DNA from: Pirellula staleyi DSM 6068
GTDB taxonomy: Bacteria > Planctomycetota > Planctomycetia > Pirellulales > Pirellulaceae
Length of the DNA stretch: 32,000 nt
Assembly: GCA_000025185.1 (NCBI GenBank)
Contig: CP001848.1
Location: forward strand, 3,120,001-3,152,000
Direction: 5' to 3'
The translations under genes were made by a program, and so were the position numbers. Positions 25,023 to 32,000 of this stretch are shown here, piece after piece. Under the pieces are notes generated by a model. The model saw only the letters and a program-made list of their open reading frames with translations, was not told the origin of the DNA and searched no databases. The first letter of the stretch is position 1; every line of letters starts with the position of its first letter.

Positions 25023-26000
25023 CTACTGATTGTTGTTTTGCGAGATGCCGGGGCGGGTGGCGATTTCGGAACCAGCGCCTCCCTCGATCACGCTGAACTC
25101 GGCCCAAACGGGCAAGTGATCCGACACCTGCAGCGCCTGTTCTTGCGTCAGGTTGAACTCGCGCATGAAGTCGTACACACCGCCGCGACCTGTGAATTCG
25201 GTGGTCGAAGTACCTGCAAACAAGATGTTGTCGTACTGTGCGTTGCCACGCGTATTGGTGGGGACTCCCGCGACCACTTTTACCAAGCTCGGAACACTTC
25301 CCAGTTGCCGCAGGTTTTTGTCGTTGACGTTGAAATCGCCGAGCATGATCACATCGTCTTCGCGCCGCTGATCGTCCCGGACAGCAAAAAACACATCGTC
25401 GAGCCAATCGAGTTCGTAGTCGACGATATCGGGATCGGTATGCACGTTAACTAGCGAAAAAGTGAACGCCTTATCGGGCTCGGCCGCGCGACAGCGGAAC
25501 CAACCGACCAGCGGCTCGCGGTGTAGCAAATTGTCGGGATCATCAACGGTGTAGAGCTGATTGCGGTCGACTTCGATACTGGTCCGGTCAAACACGAACG
25601 CATACTGCTCTTTGCTCACCGAATTTCCCAGCCGAGGGCCGATACAGTAGTCGTACTGGTGCTTTCCGCCAGCGTTGATCAGTTCGACCAAGCGGGGCAT
25701 CAGGTCTTGGCGCACTGCGCGAATCTCTTGAATCGCAATCACATCGAACTGACGCAAGATCTCGACAATCACTCCCATCGCGGCCGGGTCGGCCATCTTG
25801 TCTTCGCCAAACACCTGAATGTTGAACGTGGCGACGCGAATGGTGGCGTCGAGTCGAGGTGGCGGCGCATCGGTCGAGGTGAGATGCGTAAGCCCCGGTG
25901 GAATCGGCAGGTCGCTGAGCTTGCCACCGTACTGCTGATAGAAATACCAGCCGAACGCGAGCGCAAGGGCACCGGTGACGAGTTGGAAAAGACGTTTCAT
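25023..26000 (-). CDS. DNase I-like endonuclease (EEP superfamily) with an N-terminal membrane anchor or signal
   Basis: Motifs FNIQVFGEDKM, FDVIAIQEIR, LGNSVSKEQYAFVF, REPLVGWF, VNVHTDP, DVIMLGDFNVN, YDNILFAG and VSDHLPVWAEF line up, from memory, with the bovine DNase I catalytic blocks. N-terminus MKRLFQLVTGALALAFGWYFY. ATG 26000 is preceded by GGAGGGG; ATG 26030 is the alternative. Confidence 0.85.
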   Translation of the reverse strand: MKRLFQLVTGALALAFGWYFYQQYGGKLSDLPIPPGLTHLTSTDAPPPRLDATIRVATFNIQVFGEDKMADPAAMGVIVEILRQFDVIAIQEIRAVRQDLMPRLVELINAGGKHQYDYCIGPRLGNSVSKEQYAFVFDRTSIEVDRNQLYTVDDPDNLLHREPLVGWFRCRAAEPDKAFTFSLVNVHTDPDIVDYELDWLDDVFFAVRDDQRREDDVIMLGDFNVNDKNLRQLGSVPSLVKVVAGVPTNTRGNAQYDNILFAGTSTTEFTGRGGVYDFMREFNLTQEQALQVSDHLPVWAEFSVIEGGAGSEIATRPGISQNNNQ

Positions 26001-26114
26001 CTGCCCCTCCGTGGGCCAGCGACCAGACATCCGACGAGCAATCGAGTTGGGTAGAGAGGGGAGAATACGCGGTTGTCAGGATTTGCTCCAGATCGAAGTT
26101 GAATGGCTATGTGG

Positions 26115-26450
26115 CTACTGGCATTTAAGTCGCAAGCGAACAGCTCCCTTCACCTTTGCCGGATCAACCGGCTGGCCCCCCTGCGTGATTTCGATCAACC
26201 CTTTGGCTACGAGCTGACTGGCAATTCGCCGAACGTCTTCCATCTGCGCGCGCCAATCGAGTGGGGCGAGCGATCGAGCGACCTCCGACGGGCAGCAACT
26301 CTTGGCTGGACCACGTTTTGCGACGAGCTGCAGGATCGCCGATTCGATTTGTACGCCGGTCAGCACGGGACAGGATGGCTTGCTAAGTAACTCAAAACAA
26401 GTTTTCGCCAGTTTGGCGATCTTTGCTAGTTTAACGGCCAGACGAGCCAT
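26115..26450 (-). CDS. DUF3253 domain protein
   Basis: SCCPSEVARSLAPLDWRAQMEDVRRIASQLVAKGLIEITQGGQPVDPAKVKGAVRLRL matches my recollection of the DUF3253 pattern. Start taken at ATG 26450. The Arg-rich extension to 26573 looks non-coding. Confidence 0.65.
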   Translation of the reverse strand: MARLAVKLAKIAKLAKTCFELLSKPSCPVLTGVQIESAILQLVAKRGPAKSCCPSEVARSLAPLDWRAQMEDVRRIASQLVAKGLIEITQGGQPVDPAKVKGAVRLRLKCQ

Positions 26451-26775
26451 CCATGCTTTCGGGGGTCTCTGGGCTGAGCTCTTGCGGCTGTTTGATCGTC
26501 GGAAAACTCTCAAAAAATCTCGCCCGAATCTGAGCCGCTGAGGGGCTCGTTCTCTTGCCCGATCTTGCGTCATCCGTTAGTTTTAGGAGTTTCGACTCCT
26601 CGCCTCTTTACGGCCCCTTTCGTGTGAATCGGGCAGGCAGAAGTCTTCCTGGTTGGTCGCGTTTGGTTTTTGCGTTCGGGTTTGCAGGTTGAACGTTGTT
26701 TAGCGATTGCTAAGCATCATCAACCGTTGGCGTGTCGCCCGAAGCTAAAGCCGCGGAAAGTTAGTTGTCCTTATC

Positions 26776-28578
26776 ATGGTTGATCGCAGTCTCATTCGCT
26801 TGCTGGAAAACGATCCCGATATCACCGCCATGTTTGAGTCGGCCATTGCCGATTTCGAGGAGCAGGGCTTAGACCCTGTGGATGGTGGTGGTGAGTTCGA
26901 TGTGAACAAAATCGTCGAAGGTCGCGTGCTTCGCGTTGCCGACGGCATGGTGCTCGTAGATATCGGTTTTAAGAGCGAAGGTTCGATTCCGCTCGATGAA
27001 TGGGAAGAGGGCGAAGAGCCACCCCAAGTTGGTCAGCTTGTTCGCGTTTTGATTGAAGATCTCGAAGATGAAACCGCTGCCCCTGAAGATGGTGGCATGG
27101 TTCGCATCAGCAAGCGTAAGGCTAAGAAGCTCGACGCTTGGAAAGAGATGATGGACCGGATCAAGGAAGGCCAAGTTGTCACGGGTACTGTCAGCCGCAA
27201 GATCAAGGGTGGTCTGCTGGTCGACATCGAAGGCGTGAATGTGTTTTTGCCAGCGAGCCAGGTCGACATCCGTCGTCCAGCCGACATCGGCGACTACATT
27301 GGCCGCACCGTTCAGTGCGAAGTGCTCAAGATCGACGAAGCTCGCCGCAACATTGTGGTCAGCCGCCGTTCGCTCATCGAACGTCAGCGTGAGGAAGATC
27401 GCGAAGCGCTCCTCAAGGAACTCGAAATTGGCCAGGTGCGCAAGGGTGTCGTGAAGAACATCGCCGAATTCGGTGCGTTCGTCGACCTCGGCGGCATCGA
27501 TGGTCTCTTGCACATCACCGACATGAGCTGGGAACGCATTGGCCACCCAAGCGAAATGGTCGCTATCGATCAAGAGATCGAAGTGATGGTGCTGCATATC
27601 GACCGCGAAAAGAAGAAGATCGCGCTCGGCCTGAAGCAGAAGGAAGGCAACCCATGGGCCGATGTGGATACCAAGTATCCTGTGGGAACCGTGGTCAAGG
27701 GCTCGGTTGTAAACGTGATGAGCTACGGTGCGTTCGTGAAGCTCGAACCAGGCATCGAAGGGCTCGTTCACATCAGCGAAATGAGCTGGACTCGCCGCGT
27801 GAATCATCCAAGTGAACTCGTGAACATCGGCGACGAGATCAGCGTCGTGATTCTGGGTGTCGACAAGGATGGTCAGCAGCTGAGCCTCGGCATGAAGCAG
27901 ACCCAGGAAAATCCTTGGACTCGCGTCGCCGAGAAGTATCCAGTCGACACGATTGTCGAAGGCAAAGTTCGCAACCTCACCAATTACGGTGCGTTTGTGG
28001 AACTCGAAGAAGGTATCGACGGTTTGCTGCACGTCAGCGACATGTCGTGGACCCGCAAGATCAGCCACCCGAGCGAAATGCTCGAGAAGGGTCAGCCAGT
28101 TCGCTGCAAGATCCTGTCGGTCGATCAAGAACGTCGTCGTATCGCGCTGGGTCTCAAGCAGCTCGACGAAGATCCATGGGCACGCGACATCCCAGGCAAG
28201 TATCAGCCTGGCCAGGTCGTGAGCGGTGCCGTTACGAAGATCACCAACTTCGGTGTTTTCGTGGGTCTCGAAGATGGCCTCGAAGGCTTGCTCCACATCT
28301 CGGAACTGGCTGACCATAAGGTCGAGAATCCCGAAGACGTGGTGAAGGTCGGCGATAAGATCGATGTGAAGATCCTTCGCGTCGACATCGACGAACGCAA
28401 GATTGGCCTCTCGCGCAAACGCGTGGAATGGGCCGAAGATGAAACCGCAGCCGCTGAAGCAGCCGAAGCTGCCGCCGCAGCTCCTGCCGCTGACAAGAAG
28501 AAGGCTCGTTCGGAGCTGAAGGGTGGTTTGGGTGGCAGCGGTCCACTCATCGCTCCTCCCACCGGCGAAGAAGCCTAA
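26776..28578 (+). CDS. rpsA: 30S ribosomal protein S1
   Basis: 600 aa with six S1 domains, e.g. GVVKNIAEFGAFVDLGGIDGLLHITDMS, GSVVNVMSYGAFVKLEPGIEGLVHISEMS, GKVRNLTNYGAFVELEEGIDGLLHVSDMS, GAVTKITNFGVFVGLEDGLEGLLHISELA. Ala/Glu-rich C-terminal tail. Confidence 0.95.
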   Translation: MVDRSLIRLLENDPDITAMFESAIADFEEQGLDPVDGGGEFDVNKIVEGRVLRVADGMVLVDIGFKSEGSIPLDEWEEGEEPPQVGQLVRVLIEDLEDETAAPEDGGMVRISKRKAKKLDAWKEMMDRIKEGQVVTGTVSRKIKGGLLVDIEGVNVFLPASQVDIRRPADIGDYIGRTVQCEVLKIDEARRNIVVSRRSLIERQREEDREALLKELEIGQVRKGVVKNIAEFGAFVDLGGIDGLLHITDMSWERIGHPSEMVAIDQEIEVMVLHIDREKKKIALGLKQKEGNPWADVDTKYPVGTVVKGSVVNVMSYGAFVKLEPGIEGLVHISEMSWTRRVNHPSELVNIGDEISVVILGVDKDGQQLSLGMKQTQENPWTRVAEKYPVDTIVEGKVRNLTNYGAFVELEEGIDGLLHVSDMSWTRKISHPSEMLEKGQPVRCKILSVDQERRRIALGLKQLDEDPWARDIPGKYQPGQVVSGAVTKITNFGVFVGLEDGLEGLLHISELADHKVENPEDVVKVGDKIDVKILRVDIDERKIGLSRKRVEWAEDETAAAEAAEAAAAAPAADKKKARSELKGGLGGSGPLIAPPTGEEA

Positions 28579-28740
28579 TTCCTGTGTGACCTTGCCCAGC
28601 AAGGTCATGCCCGATGTAGGCCATGGTTGCTTTGAGCCGATTGTGCCGAGTCCATCACTTATCGCGATGGCTCGGTCACACCAGCTAAGAAGCGGCCCAC
28701 GAAGAATCGCACGGTTCTTCTGTAAAACCTGAATTTACGA

Positions 28741-28778
28741 CGGCCCCGCTGGTCCTTACCGGTGGGGCCGTTTTCATT
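28741..28778 (+). terminator. Candidate intrinsic terminator downstream of rpsA
   Basis: CGGCCCC (28741-28747) pairs with GGGGCCG (28764-28770), followed by TTTTCATT. It lies 160 bp after the rpsA stop. Confidence 0.45.
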
Positions 28779-28900
28779 GGTACAAGGTGAATGACACGTA
28801 CAAACTGCGTACGACGTTTGCTTTGCCACTCTTTGCAGGCTTACCACTTCGTGAGCCGATGATGTGTTTGTCACTCGTCCCCCCCGAGAGCAAACACGCT

Positions 28901-29824
28901 ATGACTTCCGTGAAACGTAAGGTTGGTTCGACAAGTGGCAAGGCTCGTGGAGTCGCTCCGCGCAAGGCCATCTCGCTACAGACTCCGCTGGAGTCCTACC
29001 TCCGCGAGATTAACGAAACGGCACTTCTTAGTGCTCGCGACGAACGCGAACTCGCAGCCGCCATCGCCGATGGCGATGTCCGTGCTCGCGATCGCATGGT
29101 CCGCGCGAATCTTCGCCTCGTGGTGAACATTGCCCGTGGCTACACCGGCAAAGGGCTCAGCCTGCAGGACCTTATCGAAGAGGGAAACCTCGGTCTGCTG
29201 CGTGCCGTCGAAGGTTTTGATCCGGCCGTCGGAACTCGCTTTAGCACCTACGCGAGCTACTGGATCAAGCAGTCGATCAAGCGTGCATTGATCAATTCGG
29301 CGAAGACGATTCGAATTCCTGCCTACATGGTTGAGTTGCTCAGCAAGTGGCGTCGCGCCACGGCTCGTTTGACGGAAGAGCTCGGCCGCGGACCAACGCC
29401 TGAAGAAGTCGCTCGCGTGCTCGGTCTCGCGAAAAAGAAGTTGCCGATCATCAAGAAGGCAATTCGGATTTACAACAGCACGCCGCAAACCGATCAGTCG
29501 GAAGCAGGCTGGTCGCTCGGCGAAATCGTGATGGACGAACGGCTGAAGAATCCCGAGGACGAACTGGTCGAGCAAGACGTGCTGAAGCATGTCATGGAAA
29601 TGCTGCACACCATGGACAGCCGCGAGGCGACCGTGCTGCGCATGCGTTTTGGCCTCGGCGACACCACGCCTCACACGCTGAAAGAGATCGGCGAAAGTCT
29701 CGGCCTGACTCGCGAGCGTGTTCGCCAGATCGAGACCGAAGCGCTCGGCAAGTTGGCCGATGGTCTCAAAGATCCCCGCGAACGCTACCTCGAATCGCTC
29801 GAATTGAACCACGACGACGATTAG
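28901..29824 (+). CDS. RNA polymerase sigma factor, sigma-70 (RpoD/SigA-like) family
   Basis: Region 2 DLIEEGNLGLLRAVEGFDPAVGTRFSTYASYWIKQSIKRAL, region 3 IRIPAYMVELLSKW and region 4.2 LKEIGESLGLTRERVRQIETEALGKL. There is no long region 1.1. Start at ATG 28901. The track start at 28787 follows directly after the terminator and is unlikely. Confidence 0.9.
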   Translation: MTSVKRKVGSTSGKARGVAPRKAISLQTPLESYLREINETALLSARDERELAAAIADGDVRARDRMVRANLRLVVNIARGYTGKGLSLQDLIEEGNLGLLRAVEGFDPAVGTRFSTYASYWIKQSIKRALINSAKTIRIPAYMVELLSKWRRATARLTEELGRGPTPEEVARVLGLAKKKLPIIKKAIRIYNSTPQTDQSEAGWSLGEIVMDERLKNPEDELVEQDVLKHVMEMLHTMDSREATVLRMRFGLGDTTPHTLKEIGESLGLTRERVRQIETEALGKLADGLKDPRERYLESLELNHDDD

Positions 29825-29910
29825 TCGGTTCTTGTTGGGATGCACTCACCAGCATGCTCTGAACGAGGTAGTGATTGACGACGCTACCTCGCGCGGGTGA
29901 CAATTGCTGG

Positions 29911-30291
29911 ATGAAAACTCTGCAACTCAACCATGTGGCGATTCACGTCGCTGATGTCGAGCGAAGCTGTCAGTTCTATCGCGACATCCTGCAACTCGAG
30001 TCACTTCCAAGACCTCCATTCACCTTCCCTGGTGCCTGGTTTCGCATCGGAGGTGATCAAGAGCTGCATCTGATTGGCGAGCGTAAGTCGGAAGTGCTGT
30101 CCCACAATCGGGGCAACCACTACGCGATGCTGGTCGACGATATTGACGCTTGGGAGCGTCATCTCACCGAGGTAGGGGCCCAATTCTTCCCGCGGCGCAT
30201 TCGCCCCGATGGTGCCTATCAGATTTTCCTGTGCGATCCCGATGGCTATTACATCGAGCTTTGCACACCCCCCGGTGCCCATCAGGGGTAG
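29911..30291 (+). CDS. VOC family protein (glyoxalase/bleomycin-resistance/dioxygenase fold)
   Basis: LNHVAIHVADVERSCQFYRDILQL ... HYAMLVDDIDAWERHL ... FLCDPDGYYIELC. ATG 29911; TTG 29875 is the alternative. Confidence 0.85.
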   Translation: MKTLQLNHVAIHVADVERSCQFYRDILQLESLPRPPFTFPGAWFRIGGDQELHLIGERKSEVLSHNRGNHYAMLVDDIDAWERHLTEVGAQFFPRRIRPDGAYQIFLCDPDGYYIELCTPPGAHQG

Positions 30292-30507
30292 CTGTCAAGC
30301 GGCGCCAAGTTCCAGCCGATGCCAGCCTCTGCTCAGTGCTGTGCTGGCCGATCTTCGGAAGCTTGGTGGTCGAACATTTCCCGCCTACTGCTTCCAGGGG
30401 CTCCTTTTTTCCTCACGGGTAGTTTGCCTTTCGGCCGGTCTGATTAGAATAAACGTAGGCGTGAAGATTTTGTGTCAACTGTTCCTCGAGCCGACGGACC
30501 CCCACGC

Positions 30508-31071
30508 ATGTCCGAATCGCAGCGAATTCGCCGCCAGCAAACGCTTCGCGAAGCCGAGGGCTATCTCGATTTGATCACCGTGTTTGGTGACCGCTGGCCT
30601 TGTCACCCCGATCATCGCGACAAGTTGGCCGAACGTGTCCTGTCGATGCTAGGCAAAATCGAGATGCAACCGGGCGCTGAAGCCCAGGTGCTGATGCTGC
30701 AGGGCCAGGCACTGCGGGCCATGCAGCGTTATGTCGAAGCTGCCGCTAAGTTCAACACGGCTGCGGCGCTCGACGACAGCCACGTGCCGTCGCGATTAGC
30801 ACTCGGCTGGTGCTACAAACGTTGTCGCCGCCTCGACTTGGCGATCCAGGCACTCGAAGAAGCGATGGAGATTGCCCCCCACACGGCAATCATTCACTAC
30901 AACTTGGCTTGCTACTGGAGTCTTGCTGGCAACGCCAAGATTGCCTTGATCTATTTGGCTCAAGCGATCGAGATGCAGCCGAAGTATCGCGACCTTGTCG
31001 GGAAAGAGCGGGACTTCGACAACGTCCGCCAAAATCCCAACTTCCTGGCACTCACCAGTGTGATTGTGTAG
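30508..31071 (+). CDS. Tetratricopeptide repeat protein
   Basis: TPR-like helical pairs (GQALRAMQRYVEAAAKFNTAAALDDSH, LGWCYKRCRRLDLAIQALEEAMEIAP, HYNLACYWSLAGNAKIALIYLAQAIEMQP). ATG 30508; GTG 30472 is the alternative. Confidence 0.8.
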   Translation: MSESQRIRRQQTLREAEGYLDLITVFGDRWPCHPDHRDKLAERVLSMLGKIEMQPGAEAQVLMLQGQALRAMQRYVEAAAKFNTAAALDDSHVPSRLALGWCYKRCRRLDLAIQALEEAMEIAPHTAIIHYNLACYWSLAGNAKIALIYLAQAIEMQPKYRDLVGKERDFDNVRQNPNFLALTSVIV

Positions 31072-31088
31072 TGGGAATCGGCAGGCGG

Positions 31089-31970
31089 CTATTTAATGCC
31101 ACCTGCGACGGCCACTTGGCGACGCGAACGCCACCAAGCTTTGGCCACTAGCTGCGGAAAGATCCAGGCATCTTTTAAGTAACGCTTGGCGAGGCGTTTT
31201 GGTTCAGTGCAGGCGCGGTGTAGCCATTCGAGACCGACCTGTCGCATCCAGACTGGCGCTCGCTTCTTTTCGCCCGCCAGAAAATCGATCGTCGCTCCGA
31301 CGCACAATGCGACTGGGCAATCGATCTGCTCATGAAATTTGTGCACCCACAATTCTTGCTTCGGCGCACCAAGGCCAACCACCAGCACGTCGGCATGTGC
31401 GGCTGAAACTTTCTCCAGGATGCGCTGGTTCTCGGCTTCATCGCGCTCGAAACCCAGGGGTGGGCAGTAGGTCCCCACGACTTGGACATTCGGCCAGCGA
31501 TGTTCGATTTTCGAGGCGGCTCGCTGAGCGACACCCGGACCAGCCCCTAGCAAAAAAACTCGCAGGGGAGCATCACTTCGTGCCGCATTAAAAAGTGCCG
31601 GAACCAAATCGCTACCTGGAACGCGGGCAGGGAGTGGTCGGCCCAACAGCTTGGCGGCCCAGTAGACCGGCATGCCATCGACCAGAATCATTCCCGCCTT
31701 GCTATAGGCCTCGCGCAGAGGGGTGTGATGCTCGAGGAGAACGACGTGATCGACGTTGGGAGTCACAACGTAGTGGCAACTCCTCACTGGGTCGGCTACC
31801 CAGGCCATCACTTGTCCAACCGCTTGATCCATCCGGAGAGGATCGACTTCGAGCCCCAGTAGTTCGATGCGTGCACACACGGCGGCTCGTCTCCAAGGTT
31901 GAATCGCGGGGGGAGAGGGGGCAGGCTGGCCTGCGAAGGAGCGAAAGTCCACTGGGCAGTTCCGGCTCAC
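31089..31970 (-). CDS. WecB/TagA/CpsF family glycosyltransferase
   Basis: Family pattern: VVTPNVDHVV, LVDGMPVYWAAKLLGRPLPARVPGSDL, FLLGAGPGVAQRAA, DVLVVGLGAPKQELWV. GTG start at 31970. Confidence 0.85.
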   Translation of the reverse strand: MSRNCPVDFRSFAGQPAPSPPAIQPWRRAAVCARIELLGLEVDPLRMDQAVGQVMAWVADPVRSCHYVVTPNVDHVVLLEHHTPLREAYSKAGMILVDGMPVYWAAKLLGRPLPARVPGSDLVPALFNAARSDAPLRVFLLGAGPGVAQRAASKIEHRWPNVQVVGTYCPPLGFERDEAENQRILEKVSAAHADVLVVGLGAPKQELWVHKFHEQIDCPVALCVGATIDFLAGEKKRAPVWMRQVGLEWLHRACTEPKRLAKRYLKDAWIFPQLVAKAWWRSRRQVAVAGGIK

Positions 31971-32000
31971 ATTGCGAAGCGCAGCTAGGAGGGATCTGTT

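Noticed and set aside
26585-26600. AGGAGT-TTCG-ACTCCT hairpin (UUCG tetraloop) in the rpsA upstream region as a possible S1 autoregulatory element.
   Set aside because: It is a single 6-bp hairpin 175 nt upstream of the start, with no supporting structure or known homology. That is insufficient to call, and it may belong to either divergent transcript.
28787-28900. Longer N-terminus (MNDTYKLRTTFALPLFAG...) for the sigma factor.
   Set aside because: It would start 9 nt after the rpsA-downstream terminator and adds a hydrophobic, non-sigma-like segment. The ATG at 28901 gives a normal region 1.2 start.

Overview
The window reads as GC-rich core chromosome, not an accessory island. Gene content suggests a Planctomycetota/Pirellulales-like organism: an RNI-type LRR lipoprotein, a PQQ-like beta-propeller, a Tat-signal xylose-isomerase-fold protein and a 6-domain S1. 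That taxonomic call is inference. About 29 protein genes can be supported, and most are housekeeping. They are: an ABC ATPase plus a truncated membrane partner, folC, a feoA-feoA-feoB-Cys-rich-peptide iron operon, a FAAH-like amidase, an LRR lipoprotein, an ALDH2-like aldehyde dehydrogenase, a PQQ-like propeller, the EF-P beta-lysylation locus (epmB <-> efp -> epmA), a PilZ-like protein, rsmG, a Tat sugar-phosphate isomerase/epimerase, serS, an M20 dipeptidase, clpS, mtaB, a DNase I-like nuclease, a DUF3253 protein, rpsA, a sigma-70 factor, a VOC protein, a TPR protein and a WecB/TagA/CpsF glycosyltransferase. I found no tRNA, rRNA, CRISPR array, transposase, integrase or recognisable defence or toxin module. 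I cannot point to a convincing new multi-gene system. The best leads are non-coding. Two ~0.9-1.0 kb gene-free spacers (1238-2275 and 10546-11528) carry strong hairpins and intrinsic terminators with no gene to terminate, so they may hold sRNAs or a leader. There are also two perfect palindromes in promoter regions, upstream of feoA and at the predicted clpS transcription start. The compact EF-P modification locus has a strong terminator between efp and epmA. The many long antisense ORFs in the track are GC-driven shadow frames.
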